From Octopus vulgaris (Eukaryota): 64,000 bases of DNA. A program made the position numbers and the translations under genes. Positions 1 to 14,274 of this stretch are shown here, in pieces. The notes beneath the pieces were generated by a model. It saw only the letters and a list, made by a program, of their open reading frames with translations, searched no databases and had not been told where the DNA came from. Position 1 is the stretch's first letter, and every line of letters begins with the position of its first letter. The DNA lies in assembly GCA_951406725.2 (NCBI GenBank), contig OX597824.1:23064001-23128000 (forward strand), written 5' to 3'.

Positions 1-329
1 CGGCCATCTTGGAAACGGCTGAATCACTCGTACACTTGTATGCGGCTCATACACGCCTCTCCATACACTTTCTGCAAATTTGTCTAGGTCTCTGAGCAGG
101 TATGGTCATGAGAAATTTCTCTGTTATGGTCAATGCGATGATCACACGCTACACACCTTCCTTCCAAGTACAGCTGTAAACAGCGGAAGTGAGGTACAAC
201 ATTAAAACTTAGTGTGCATACACAACAGTGTTCAAGGTCAAATTTTGCCAACCGAATTTACTCTGCGTGCTTTAGCTTCGTTACTATGACAATAGTCCGG
301 ATACTTATTGATTAGACCTCGTCTATATA

Positions 330-404
330 TTCTTCTTCTTCTTCTTCTTCTTCTTCTTCTTCTTCTTCTTCTTCTTCTTCTTCTTCTTCTTCTTCTTCTT
401 CTTC

Positions 405-480
<76 letters not shown>
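330..480. repeat. Compound microsatellite (TTC)n + (ATT)n
   Basis: Read directly; explains the poly-L/I/R ORFs here. Confidence 0.97.
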
Positions 481-481
<1 letters not shown>

Positions 482-1256
482 ATATACGTACATATATGTA
501 TATCAACAGACAGGCATATATACATGTACGTAAATATATACAAATCCCATATATGTATAACATATACATTCATGTATGTAAAATTATATATATGAAGTTA
601 TATAATGTATGTAAAAAAATTATATGCATAACAAAAAAAAAAATCTTAAAAATGACGACGCGAACCGTGAATCTGGCAGAGTGAATTTGTATCGAAGATG
701 AGACGACCAAACAATTGACGCTCTTTAACATTACCATATCTTTCTTCCTCACTCTCTCTCTCTCTCTCTCTATCGCTTCCTTCTCCCACTCTACCTCACT
801 TTCTTTCTATCTCTCCAACACATTCTTTCTCTCTTGCTTAGTCTTACCTTTCGCTGTAAACCAGTGAGATTAAACAAAACGAAATCCGAATTTCCTCCTC
901 TACACGACTTGGTGTCTAGCGAGAGCATCCGATCGTGTGTGCTATGTAACTACTCTATGCTATGTATCAACATAACATAACTTCCCGTCAATTTGTGTTA
1001 CTTAATAATAAAAAGTGTCTGGCCGCCATTACTGTTAAAACGTTTATTGTCAGCTTGAAACGCTTCTCCACCATTTTGTTTTAGACTTACGCTCAGATAC
1101 ACAGAAATATATTCAAAAGCCATACACACATACATACATACATACATACATACATACATACATACGTACATACATACATACATACATACATACATACATA
1201 CCTATGTACATACACAAAACACACGAACTCACACACATATTTATACACACATACAT

Positions 1257-1310
<54 letters not shown>

Positions 1311-1312
1311 TT

Positions 1313-1359
<47 letters not shown>

Positions 1360-1408
1360 CATATATATATATATATATGCACACATGAAAAGTGATGGGT
1401 ATATTTTA

Positions 1409-1489
<81 letters not shown>

Positions 1490-1607
1490 CATTGTGTTCA
1501 AATAACTATGTCCGTGTGTGTCAGTATCCAGTATCAATACATACATACACACACATAAATACATGCATGCATACATACATACATACATACATACATACAT
1601 ACATACA

Positions 1608-1640
<33 letters not shown>

Positions 1641-2244
1641 GCATACATATGTTTATATCCACGCATGTATAAATAAATAAATATATATATATAGGTATGC
1701 ACTCTCATGGCGTTTTTTTTCATCTATTCATTTAATTAATAATGGGTTTTTTTTTCTGCATTCCAACATTAGTATTGTTATTCCTATTTTTTTCTTATTT
1801 TTTTTTTTTTTTAGAATCTTGCTCCTTTTACTACTAACGGTAGAAAATATATTCTCTCTCCACTGTATAAGTCGCTTTGTTCTTTCACATTGTCTTACAC
1901 ACACACACACACAACACACATACACACACACACACACACACACATCGGCAGATCATTTCTCGCTTTCCTCCTCGCTCAATCATAAGCTTCTTGCAAGTCT
2001 CGTTCATTATTCTTTTTTTTTTTTTTTTTTTATATTTCCCCGTCAGTTATCTCTGCTAAATACATATTTTTTATATTTCTTACATAGACGGAGGCCAAAA
2101 TGAAGTAAAAAAAATAATAAATAAAATGGAAGAATAATTTTTATTTTCGCTTTTTATTGTTGTCTTTGTAAACGTTTACTGAAACTAGGCAGTGACTCGC
2201 ATCGTAACCATGCATTTATGTGTATACGTCTGTGTATGTATGGC

Positions 2245-2368
<124 letters not shown>

Positions 2369-2470
2369 GGAGTAAACCACATAAATGTGAAACAAGGTGG
2401 AAAAAAAGAGTACTCAAATACCAGTGGTAGAGTAATATGCCTTATTTAAAGCAGCAGAAAATTCAACAAA

Positions 2471-2513
2471 ATCTGTTACTCTGAGTTTCTCGTTGCCGTT
2501 CATCAGACAGTTT
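2471..2513 (-). ncRNA. Minimal type I hammerhead ribozyme motif in a short insert between (TA)n arrays
   Basis: Minus strand reads ctgt-CTGATGA-acg gcaa cga-GAAAC-TCAGAGT-A-acag: core boxes present, stem I CTGT/ACAG, near-palindromic stem III ACTC/GAGT; the closing pair of stem II is mismatched (A-A). Confidence 0.7.
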
Positions 2514-2778
2514 TTGCTTTAAATAAAGTATATATATATATATATATGAATGTATGTATACATACAGATGCACACATACACACATATATATATACATATA
2601 CGTATACATATACATATACGTGCATGTATTTACGGTCCATACGGATATATGTATATTTGTATATATCTATATATATATACCTATAGCAATATATATCAAT
2701 GCGTGAATTGTCCTGTGTTTGTGTTCGTGTGTGTATGTGTGTGTGTATATGTGTCCATAGGTATGTAACACACACACA

Positions 2779-2841
<63 letters not shown>

Positions 2842-3112
2842 GAAGCCTGTATATACATATATATATCTATATATATATATATATATGCATGTATGTATGT
2901 TTGTATGCATGTGTAGATATAAATAAATATATATATACACACACACGCATATATGCCAGTTTAACTACCTGCATCCATACCCACATACATATCTACTTAC
3001 TTATACCTACATACGTTCATGCATACATACATACATACATACATACATTCATACATACATATATACATACATACATGCATACATACATTACATACATACA
3101 TACATACATACA

Positions 3113-3143
<31 letters not shown>

Positions 3144-3314
3144 CATACATACATACATACATACATACATACATACATACATACATACATACATACATAC
3201 ATACATACATACATGCATGCATGCAGCGAATTTCTTAGCCATTCATGCTCATCAGAAATATCACCTGACCGATATATAAGCTTACACCCCACCACATACG
3301 TGCGTATACATACA

Positions 3315-3346
<32 letters not shown>

Positions 3347-3435
3347 CATAAACATACATACACATACACAGAAACAGACACAGACACACACACACACGCA
3401 CACATATATATAGAGAGACAGACAGATAGATAGAT

Positions 3436-3484
<49 letters not shown>

Positions 3485-3528
3485 TAGATAGATAGATAGA
3501 TATATAGATAGATAGATAGATACACACA

Positions 3529-3577
<49 letters not shown>

Positions 3578-3989
3578 ACACACACACAGAGCATTATATG
3601 CACTGATACCCATTGTCCTTCATTTAGCCATAAATACGCATGCATTTCCATTTTTATGGATATACGCTCCGATACACACAAGCGGGCAGAGATGACACCA
3701 GCGCTTACATATAATCACATATAGACACCCCGCACATACACACATACGCATGCTGATGCAGTTGTACACACACCTCCGCACCACATACATACACATTTAT
3801 GCAGAACCATAAACACTTACAATGCGTGCCCACGCGTACATACACACGCATACATATATGCGCGTACGTGTGTCTACCAACGTGGTGCGAGAGGTATTTG
3901 AGGACATATGGGAAGACGTAATTTGGAATTTAATAAGAATAACCTTAATCTCGCCGAAACCAAATACTTTTAGTTTATTTCTTTTATTC

Positions 3990-4190
3990 TTTTATTCTTT
4001 TACTTGTTTCCGTCATTTGACTGCGGCCATGCTGGAGCATCGCCTTTAGTCGAACCAAATCGACTTATTCTTTGTAAGCCTAGTACTTACTCTATTCGTC
4101 TCTTTTGCCGAACCGCTATTTGCGGAGACGTAAACACACCAACATCGGTTGTCAATCGATGTTGGGGGAAAAAAACACAGATACACAACA
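3990..4190 (-). mobile_element. SINE family A, 3' half
   Basis: Matches the 3' half of full copies at 9608-10020, 28246-28691 and 45573-45981. Confidence 0.85.
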
Positions 4191-4238
4191 TATACACATA
4201 CATACATACATACATACATACATACATACATACATACA

Positions 4239-4274
<36 letters not shown>

Positions 4275-4433
4275 TCTTTCTGTGTTTCTTTTCTGTGTAT
4301 CGTTCTGTTGAAGAGCGTAGGCTCGAAACGTAAAAGACTTGTTTTATTTATATTCCTGAGCGCCATACTAATACAATTGTTTGTTTGTATTCCACCTGCC
4401 TTCGTATTTTGTTTATTTTCATAAAGCTTCCCG

Positions 4434-4435
<2 letters not shown>
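4275..4435 (+). mobile_element. Penelope-type short cassette with hammerhead-like motif (CTGTTGA-A-GAGC..GCTC-GAAACGTA)
   Basis: Near-identical inverted copy at about 22680-22840; both abut (TA)n. Confidence 0.6.
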
Positions 4436-4480
<45 letters not shown>

Positions 4481-4481
<1 letters not shown>

Positions 4482-4602
4482 CAAATAAGAAAATGGAGAA
4501 CATTAGTTGGTTTATCAACTTTTGAACTTTAAATTACGTTAACTTATTTAATGTCCAAAAGTTGATGAACCAAATATTGTTCTCCTCCATTTTCTTATTT
4601 GC
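4481..4602. repeat. Imperfect foldback (about 45-bp arms) next to (TA)n
   Basis: gcaaataagaaaatggag...atcaacttttg pairs with caaaagttgat...ctccattttcttatttgc. Confidence 0.85.
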
Positions 4603-4912
4603 TATATAAATTAATGGTAAAAAAATGTCTTTACCACACAGCCACCCCTACTTAGTGTGCATCACTTTAGGAACATCAGCGGAATCTGCACATAAGCATC
4701 TGTCATTCATCTTGTTAGAGTTATGGTCTTGGTCGAAGTTTCACCCGCCAAAGAAGAACCAAAGCACGCTATGTTCGTGAAAGTTTTTAACCCTGTTCAG
4801 TAACCGCTTTGTTGCGGACTTAAAGGGTTTTTGTCCGCACAAATTGGCTTTCCTCTGTGCATACGATTTGTATTAAATGTCCACGTACACTATAGTTCTG
4901 ATAGTCCATTCC

Positions 4913-5143
4913 TATTTCTTTACTACCCACAAGGGGTTAAACACAGAGAGGACAAACACGGACAGACAAACGGATTAAGTCGATTACATCGACCTCAGTG
5001 CATAACTGGTACTTAATTTATCGACCCCGAAAGGATGAAAGGCAAAGTCGACCGCAGCGGATTTTGAACTCAGAACGTAACGGCAGACGAAATACGGCTA
5101 CGCATTTCGCCCGGCCTGCTAACGTTTCTGCTGGCTCGCCGCC
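4913..5143 (-). mobile_element. SINE family B, full length, with 17-bp TSD
   Basis: TSD TTCTGATAGTCCATTCC at 4896-4912 and 5144-5160; tRNA-like head ggcggcgagccagcagaaacgttagc...gagttcaaaatcc; many copies in the window. Confidence 0.92.
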
Positions 5144-5957
5144 TTCTGATAGTCCATTCCAACACATGAAATTCTTTAGTGATGGATGGCCCTTATTGAT
5201 TTTCTGAGATCATCATCGATAATTCTTGAACCCGTTGGATGAATTGTAGCACCCTTATAATGTCCGAGCGTTTCGAAAGTATTTTTCTTTTCTGCTTAAT
5301 ACGGTCGAAAAATTCTCGCTAAGGGCATCTAATTAAATCCAAACTTCATGTACAAAAGATCTTGGAGCATTTAGAAAGTTCGCAATTTCTAAATCGATGT
5401 CTTCTGCACATATGGCAACAATGGCTGCATGTCTTTTCGTTTCTTTCTTTTTGTGTGTAAGTGTTTCAATTTTGTCTGCCACGGGGGATCAGGAAGAAAT
5501 ACTACTAAAAAAAGAGAACAAACTTATAATTGGTTTTCTATATATACGCAGTTCTTTTCTATTCATTTAACTCTGTTATATATTTCTTTATTGCATTGTA
5601 TCTGGTTTGAAGTATTTTTGCTCATTATCAACAGTCATGTTACGAACACACGCGCTCACTCACGCGTGCGCAGACACATTCACAACTCATAAACACATAA
5701 CACAGAGTTGTAGATAAGGATCAAACTAACAAAAATATATGCACACACAAATGTACTCAAAATATATTTTTATGCGCACCGACGCATACACTGTTACACA
5801 TACGCACTCACACTCACACACACACACACACACACACGCACACACATGCTCACACTCACATATATGTATATCACGATTGTCTGATGAGACGGACGTTGTA
5901 ACATCTGGCCATACTCTAAATACCGTGATTGTGTTACATTGACTGTTTTTTGTGATA

Positions 5958-5988
<31 letters not shown>

Positions 5989-6150
5989 TTGTTCTTTTCT
6001 TCCCTTTTACGATCCCTCTTGATCGAAAACCTACGCCACCCCCTTTTTTTTTGTTTCTTTTGTTTTTTGTTTTTTTCATCCCCCAAAAGAAAAGCTCTAC
6101 CTTGTAACTTGTCCCATCTGTGTGCAGCCCTGTGTGGCCAATAAAGAAAC

Positions 6151-6152
<2 letters not shown>
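5989..6152 (+). mobile_element. 3' UTR fragment of Tx1-like LINE inside (CTAT)n
   Basis: Ends ccctgtgtggccaataaagaaactt; homologous to the 3' end of 52366-53551; CTAT repeats on both sides. Confidence 0.85.
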
Positions 6153-6223
<71 letters not shown>

Positions 6224-6252
6224 CATCCATCCATCCATCCATCCATCCATCC

Positions 6253-6312
<60 letters not shown>

Positions 6313-6314
6313 CT

Positions 6315-6510
6315 CGTGAAGACCACTCGCGTTTTTTTCCCTCTGTCCTCCCACCTCGGGATCTTTCTTTCTCTTTTGTTTCCGACGAAGAGCTCCGCTC
6401 GAAACGTCATATCCTCCTTCTTCCCCTTTTTTCCTGAGCGCCTAATGATACTTTAATTGTTCCACTTTTTGCGTTGTTGTCTTTTTTGTTTTTCTTGTTT
6501 GGATTAACTT
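6315..6510 (+). mobile_element. Penelope-type cassette with hammerhead-like motif (CCGACGA-A-GAGC tcc GCTC-GAAACGTC, about 6382-6408)
   Basis: Same layout as 4275-4435, including downstream cctgagcgcc; ends at a (TA)n run. Confidence 0.55.
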
Positions 6511-6529
6511 TATATATATATGTATGTAT

Positions 6530-6601
6530 AATCAAAATAAGCAACAAAGATATCCAGAGGTAATGCATTACCTCTGGATATCCTTGTTGCTTATTTTGAT
6601 T
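6530..6601. repeat. 72-bp spacerless palindrome with one mismatch
   Basis: aatcaaaataagcaacaaagatatccagaggtaatg|cattacctctggatatccttgttgcttattttgatt. Confidence 0.95.
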
Positions 6602-7661
6602 GTAATCACCCCATTTGAATTATATGGACAATACCATACCAAATTCTGGTACCTTTAACTTAAGCACCATATTCATCTGAATCTAAATTTTACTAAACTT
6701 GTGTGGCATCGTCCGTTTTTCTGTCCTTATTTCGTATACATTCGATTCTTTTTCCAAGAAACCTAATGCTCGCAGCTTAGTTTTTCCTTGGGGCTGGCCG
6801 GATCGGAGCGATATCAGGATTAATCAGCCGAAATTTGCTAGGATGATCCGGTTCCTGACTGAAGATTAGAGGCTTCGAATGACCCGTCCGTTTTTTGTGT
6901 CGTCTCTTTGTGTATTTTGCGTTCTTGTCCCATTTTGTATTTTTATATATATATTATATATAGAGATATATACAGTCTCGCTTTTATCCTTCGAAACGTA
7001 GAGTAGATGAAACCATAGCGACTGAAGAAGGGTTTTTTTCTTGTGTTAATTGTCCTGTACTCTATTTTTTTGCTGTTTTTAAAAAAATGTCCAGTTCCTT
7101 TGGTTTGTGTCTATGTTTTCGTTTCTCATTGTGTTCGACGTCCTTTTGGTGTCCTGTACTCATATATGCGTGTATATGTACATGTAGAGGTAGGTACGTA
7201 CATATATGTTTGTATATATGCATATGTTTTATTTTATTTATTAATATATACATATATATATATATATGTATCAACCTACTGACCTACATATAAGCATATA
7301 ATCATACTCATAAATACCTATATATATACACAAACATTCATACATACATACATACACACATAATACTTACATCCATGCATGCATCCAACCATCCAACCAT
7401 CCATGCATGCATGCAGCCATCCATACATCGATCCAGCCAGCCACACATCCATCCATCCAGCCAGCCAGTCAGCCATACCAACATACATATTTCGAGTCAG
7501 TTCAGTACATGTATGTTGTGTATTTGTTATTATTAGAAACCGAACATCTCTCCACCGCTTCCCTCTTCATGTTTAATTATAGATGTGTTAATCAGATGTC
7601 AGTAGGTTTAGAGGTGACTCTATATGACATGGGAAGGGAATAGGTGCAATAGACAGACGCT

Positions 7662-8540
7662 GTGATGGTGGTGGCGGTGGTGGTGGTGGTGGTTGTGGTG
7701 GCAGTGGTGGCTGTGTTTGTAGTGGTGGTGGTGGTGGTGGTGGTGGAGATAGTGGTAGTGGTGATAGAGGTGATGATGGTGGTAGTGGTGGCGGTGGAAT
7801 TGGTGGTGCTGGTAATAGTTGAGGTAGTGGTGTTTGTGGTGGTGGCTGTGTTTGTAGTGGTGGTGGTAGTGGTGATGGTGATGGCGTTGCTGGTGGTGGT
7901 GATGGTGGTGGTGGTGGTAGATGTGACGGTGGTGGTGGTGGTGGTGATGGCGGTGGTATTGCTGGTGCTGGTACTGGTAATAGTTGAGGTGGTGGTGGTG
8001 GTGGCGGTGGTGCTGGTGGTGGTGCTGGTACTGGTAATAGTTGAGGTGGTGGTGTTTCTGGCGGTGGCTGTGTTTGTTGTGGTGGTGGTAGTGGTGATGG
8101 TGATGGCGTTGCTGGTGGTAGATGTGATAGTGGTAGTGGTGGTAGATGTGATGGTAGTGGTGGTGGTGGTGCTGCTACTGGTAACAGTTGAAGTGGTGGT
8201 GTTTGTGGTGGTGATGGCGGTGGTGATAGAAGTGATTGTAGGTGGTTGTAGTGGGGGTTGATGATAGTGGTGGTGGTAATGGTTGTAGGTGTTTGTCGTG
8301 GTTACGGTGGTAGTAGTGTTCGTGGGGATTGTGGTGAAAGTACTGGTGGTAGTAGTAGTAGTAGTGACTGTAAAGATGGCGGATATTGTTCTTGTGGTCG
8401 TTTTTAGGACTTTGAGGGTTTGATGGGGTGGAAGCTCGTCGAGAGTGGTACAGGGTTACCTTAGTCACCCCCAACACCACCACCATCACTACCACCACCA
8501 CCATCACCACCACGACCTTTGTGGTGGTGGTTGGTAGGTG
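7662..8540. repeat. Degenerate (GGT)n low-complexity tract with internal duplications
   Basis: Read directly; the poly-Val ORF is an artefact. Confidence 0.9.
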
Positions 8541-8624
8541 ATGGGGGTAATCATATTAATAACTGTTTGCGACATAGTGGAAGCCGCTTATTATGATTTT
8601 TTGGTGTTATAGCCATTATCATTA

Positions 8625-9450
8625 TGTGAAGGCGTGTGGCCGTGTGGTTAGGGGTGTTGCGTTCACGATCGTGAAAGCGGAGGTTCCATTCCCGGACCAG
8701 GCGTTACAATGTGTTCTTGAGGAAAAAAATCTTCATTCACATTGGTTTTGCACAACACGTCAAAATTTCGTCTGTCTTAACGTTCTGCGTTCAAATTCCG
8801 CTAAGAGCAGCATTTCAATTCATCATTTCTGGGGTCGAAAAAGATAAAAAAGGAATTCGATGAAATGGCCTTACCCCTGCCCCTAAAATTGCTGCCCTTG
8901 TGCCGAAATTTGAAACTATTTTGCTCTCATATTTTGTCTGTTCTAGGTTATATTTCTTCTTTTATATTATCCTTAATGTGATATTTATTTCATTATTAAT
9001 TTATTTCAAATCAGAGGGCGGCGAGTTGGCAGAATCGTTAGCATACCGGTGGAAAATGCTTAGCAGTATTTCGACCGTCTGTTCGTTCTGCGTTCAAATT
9101 CTGCTGAAGTCGGCTTTACCTTTCATTCTTTCGGGGTCGATAAAATAAGTACCAGTTGAGCATCGGGGGGTTGATATAATGGACTATCCCCAATCCCCAC
9201 CCAAATTTCAGGCCTTGTACCTATAGTAGAAAGGAAGATAATCAGCTTATAAACGCGGCGATCTGACAGAAGAGTTATCATGCCGGACAAAATACTTAGC
9301 GGCATTTCGTCCGTCTGTTCAAATTCCGCCGAGGTCGACTTTGCCATTCATCCTTTCGGGGTCGATAAAATAAGTACCAGTTGAATAGTAGGGTCGATGC
9401 AATCGACTTAACTCCTTCCCCCAACATTGCTGGCCTTGTGCCAAAATCAG
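8625..9450 (+). mobile_element. Cluster of SINEs: family C-like head joined to a family B body (8625-8915), and two tandem family B copies (about 9016-9235, 9255-9450)
   Basis: Homology to 30106-30449 (reverse complement) and to family B copies. Confidence 0.75.
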
Positions 9451-9607
9451 AAGCCAATTTATTTCAAAACATTGGACTGTGTCAAATATAAATACATGAA
9501 ATATATCAACTACACAATGCATGCTGTAACGCTGGAGTGTTAAAATACTTGCTGAAGGTGATAGTTTTCTCTGTCGATAAGTCTAGAGTCACATTTGACA
9601 AACTACA

Positions 9608-10020
9608 CTCTTTTACTTGTGTCAGTCATTTGACTGCGGCCATGCTGCAGCACCGCCTTTAGTCGAGCAAATTGACCCTAGGACTTATTCTTTGTAAGCC
9701 TAGTACTTATTCTATCGGTCTCCTTTTGCCGAACCGCTAAGTTACGGGGACGTAAACACACCAGCATCGGTTGTCAAGCGATGTTGGTAGGGGACAAACA
9801 CGGACACACAAACATATAAACACACATACACAAATATATATATATATACACATATATGACGGGCTTATTTCAGTTTCCGTCTACCAAATCCACTCACAAG
9901 GGTATGGTCGGCCTGAGGCTATAGTAGAAGACACTTGCCCAAGGTGCCACGCAGTGGGACTGAACCCGGAACCATGTTGTTGGCAAGCAAGCTACTTACC
10001 ACACAGCGACTCCTGCGCCT
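9608..10020 (-). mobile_element. SINE family A, full length (tRNA-like head, CORE-like ccttgggcaagt, internal CA/TA microsatellite)
   Basis: Minus-strand head ggcgcaggagtcgctgtgtggtaag...gggttcagtccc with A-box and B-box-like motifs. Confidence 0.9.
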
Positions 10021-10119
10021 ACATTCATAGATCTATGCTTTGCAAATTTTTATGGATGTCTTCATTTGCCATTTCCAGATCAACCCCAAAGCAAATCAGT
10101 TCTGTATGTGTTTCCCTAA

Positions 10120-10435
10120 CGCAACATAGCGAGCAACTTTTATGGAAACAATGGGAATAATTGCAACTCTTCCATGGTCTACACTTCGCGAAACTCGACA
10201 GAGTGGAAGTAAGCCAGAGCAATGGATGATAATGGCTTCAAATCTCTGAACTAAAAGCAGAAACAGAAGGTCGTATTTTAGCTGCACGAGACCAATGGTT
10301 AGCCAGAAATAATAACAAAAATTAGATAAGGGAAAATATTATCAACAAAGTGAACGAACACTAAGCAGTCAGTACAATGAAACGGTTGATCATATCATTT
10401 CCGGTTATCTAGTCATTGACAAGGCCGAGTAAATT
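10120..10435 (+). pseudogene. Decayed R4/Dong-like retrotransposon ORF fragment
   Basis: Translates to WLQISELKAETEGRILAARDQWLAR and ETVDHIISG, motifs typical of the post-RT/zinc-knuckle region of R4-clade elements; stops and frameshifts present. Confidence 0.7.
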
Positions 10436-10484
10436 GAATTGAAATAAGCAGGATATGGGACAAAAGAGAAACAAAAAAGGAATA

Positions 10485-10645
<161 letters not shown>

Positions 10646-10766
10646 GTCTGTCTCTCTGTCTCTCTGTCTAGCTATCTGTCTATCGATCTATCTGTCTGTC
10701 TCTCTGTCTAGCTATCTATCTATCGATCTAATTATCTGTCTATCTATATAGCTATCTGTCCTATCT

Positions 10767-10928
10767 GGACAAACCTAATCTGTTTTCCTTTTTTCCATTG
10801 ACATTTCTATGATACACGATCCCTTTTGATCGGAATTCGCCCCCACTTTTTTCCCTTCTTCCCGAAAAGTAAAGCTCTACTTTGTATTTTGTCCCTTCTG
10901 TGTTCAGCCGTGCGTGTCAAATAAAGAA

Positions 10929-10929
<1 letters not shown>
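10767..10929 (+). mobile_element. Diverged 3' UTR fragment of Tx1-like LINE inside (CTAT)n
   Basis: acgatcccttttgatcg...aaagctctac...aataaagaaa then CTAT repeats; CTAT-type repeats upstream too. Confidence 0.75.
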
Positions 10930-11018
<89 letters not shown>

Positions 11019-11376
11019 GTGTCTGTCTGTCTGCCTATCTATATACTTTCACACAGTGCAAAATAATCGTAGCAGTCGGTTAGGGCAACAAAATAGGAAC
11101 GAAAACGATGTCAAACAGATGTGGTTTACAAACACAATTCTGCATTCCCAAGAGACATTGCTGCAAATGTCTCAGGACTACGGATAAATATGCACTTAGG
11201 GATGTAAGCAGACCCTCTGATATGCCTGATGAAAACACGGCGATGGTTATATTGAAAACATTAACGTATGATGCAAAAACAATAGCAATAACAACTATGA
11301 ATTAAAAATAGTTCTTGTATTGTAAACATCATTGGTCGCGCAGACATAATGTACGGGTTTTGTTTGTACGGTATAC

Positions 11377-11852
11377 CTATTTCTTTACTACCCACAAGGG
11401 GTCAAACACAGAGGGGACAAACAAGGACAGACAAACGGATTAAGTCGATTACATCTACCCCAGTGTGTAATTGGTACTTATTAAATCGACCCCGAAAGGA
11501 TGAAAGGCAAAGTCGACCTCGGCGGAATTTGAACTCAGAACGTAACGGCAGGCGAAATACCTACTTCTTTATTACCCACAAGGGGCTAAACACAGAGGGG
11601 ACAAACATAGACAGACATAGGTATTAAGTCGATTATATCGACCCCAGTGCGTAATTGGTACTTAATTTATCGACCCCGAAAGGATGAAAGGCAAAGTCGA
11701 CCTCGGCGGAATTTGAACTCAGAACGTAACGGCAGGCGAAATACCGCTAAGCATTTCGTCCGGCGTGCTAACGTTTCTGCCAGCTCGCCGGCAGGCGAAA
11801 TACCGCTACGCATTTCGCCCAGCGTGCTAACGTTTCTGCCAGCTCGCCGCCT
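11377..11852 (-). mobile_element. SINE family B dimer with duplicated head
   Basis: Two tandem bodies plus a repeat of about 59 bp, ggcaggcgaaataccgcta...gccagctcgcc. Confidence 0.88.
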
Positions 11853-11853
11853 T

Positions 11854-12265
11854 GCTGCGGGATACCGTCCAGGGAAAGCCCCCTGCACAACGCTGAGTGT
11901 TTGAAGGACACCTGAATGTCACAGACAAGGCGAGAAAACTCGCATCGGAATCACCAAGAATAGTAGATACAGATATTTCGCCACAGCACATCAGCAAATA
12001 GACTCCATTCTATTTGCATATTAGTCAAAGACTAGCGATTCACTTCGTTTCGAAGTGATCCGAGTAAATGTTATAGATGAACAACAGTAATAGTGAAATA
12101 ACGGCATCTAGTATTTTCGGTGGTTCTGAGACAAGTTGTCCCGTCTTGTCTGTGACATTCAGGAGTCCTCTAACACACGGCATCGTCTGGGGACCTTTCC
12201 CCGGACGCAATACCGCAGAAAATTTGGCATATAAACAAAATACAGACACTATGCATGTGCGATCG
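11854..12265. repeat. Diverged long inverted repeat (left arm 11335-11376 + 11854-11990; right arm about 12090-12265)
   Basis: cctgaatgtcacagacaag (about 11911) versus cttgtctgtgacattcagg (about 12145), with collinear partial identity on both sides. Confidence 0.75.
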
Positions 12266-12553
12266 ATAATGTTAACAACAATAACGGTTTGTGATTTAGG
12301 TACAAAGCAAACAATTTTTTAGGGGAGTGTGGGGTGGGGGCTAATCGATACCATCGACACTAGTACATGACTGGTACTTAATTATATCGACTCCGAAAGG
12401 ATGAAAGGCAAATTTGATATCGGCGGGATTTGAACCTACAACGTAAAACAGTCAGAAGAAATGTTGCTAAGCATTTTGCCCGATGTACTAGCGGATCTGC
12501 TAGCTAACAAGAACAACAACAACAAATAGGTAATAATAATAATAATAATAATA

Positions 12554-12851
12554 TGGGGTTTGAATAATTCAAATCTGGAAACATGGGTGGTTCTTTCAAC
12601 ATCCTTAAACAACCCTTATTGAGGGACCTTTTGAGCGGGATGGGCTATTCAACCTGAAGAAAATTCTAACTGGGCCCCACCTGCAAGGTCATGTGCTGTT
12701 TATCTTGATATGAGATCACCATGTCGCGCACATATGGTTGTGATGCATGTGCCTGGTGTACTCTTATCAGACGGGTAGTCATGATGGGTATATTGGGCTT
12801 CGTATATTTTACCCCAGTGTCACTTTGATGGCATGAACTGCTCTCTCACTC
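12554..12851 (+). mobile_element. Non-coding element family E, 5'-truncated copy inside (AAT)n
   Basis: Reverse complement of 57226-57520; ends gctctctcactc followed by (AAT)n. Confidence 0.85.
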
Positions 12852-13314
<463 letters not shown>

Positions 13315-13874
13315 GCACAGATACTGGATGAGGCGCTAAATGACAATGAGAGTAAACAGCAGGGACGAATAAAGTACAAGAAGACTCGGGGAAAGACGAA
13401 CGGTGTTAAACTGTTAAAGACAATTAAAGACAACTTAAGATTTATAAAATACATATCGTACTTGATGGCATAAAAGACGTATTTATTAGCTTATGGGACA
13501 CACCTTAATTTCGGCGGCAAGTATTCTGATCAAAAGGTTTTAGTGCATTAAAGCTTGTAATATTTAAAGCAATTTAGCAGTGTATTACAAGACATTACAA
13601 AACTAAATTAGCTTGGGAGGGAAAACATTATATAAAAAGTAAGTCAGCAGTAGAGCTGAACACAAAAAGCAGGAAATCACCAGAGTGAAAATATCCGCCA
13701 TGATTACTGTAATAAAACATACCACCAGACCACTAGTGCCTGACCTGTTACAAAGTCTTCTGAACATACATCGGAGTGTTTGGCCACGGCAGGACACCGT
13801 GCCCCGTCTTCTTCTCCCATCTGATGTCCTTGGTCATCGTTGACAACGACGGATGAACTGGTATAATAAAACAC

Positions 13875-13952
<78 letters not shown>

Positions 13953-14211
13953 CATTGATATTCAGGAATAAATGTTATTACGGAGTTAGGCTAGATAGAA
14001 GAGATCGTCTGGATTAAAATCAGCCAAGGTTGGTGAGTGTTAGGGACGAAATTAGCTTAGGGGAGACCCAACTTTGTATATAGGACCAGGGGTGATTTGT
14101 ATATAGGACCAGGGGTGATATTTTTGGAGGGAATAAAAGTCTGCCTTATATCCCAACAAATATGATATTTACACCGAAATAAAATAACGACAAAGCTGCT
14201 ACAAAACTAAT

Positions 14212-14274
<63 letters not shown>

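Larger units (their letters stand above)
3876..5510 (-). mobile_element. Decayed Tc1/mariner-superfamily (maT/DD37D-like) transposon, copy 1, carrying nested insertions
   Basis: 4650-5430 is homologous to 28790-30030; minus strand encodes a FF..NFDQD...ND motif. 3877-3975 resembles 27728-27810 (putative terminus). Confidence 0.65.

Noticed and set aside
1-200. YY1-like GCCATCTT and ETS-like CGGAAGT as a promoter
   Set aside because: Two short motifs at the window edge with no linked gene; expected by chance.
5875-5930. CTGATGAG motif as a further hammerhead
   Set aside because: No matching GAAA box or stem II could be formed.
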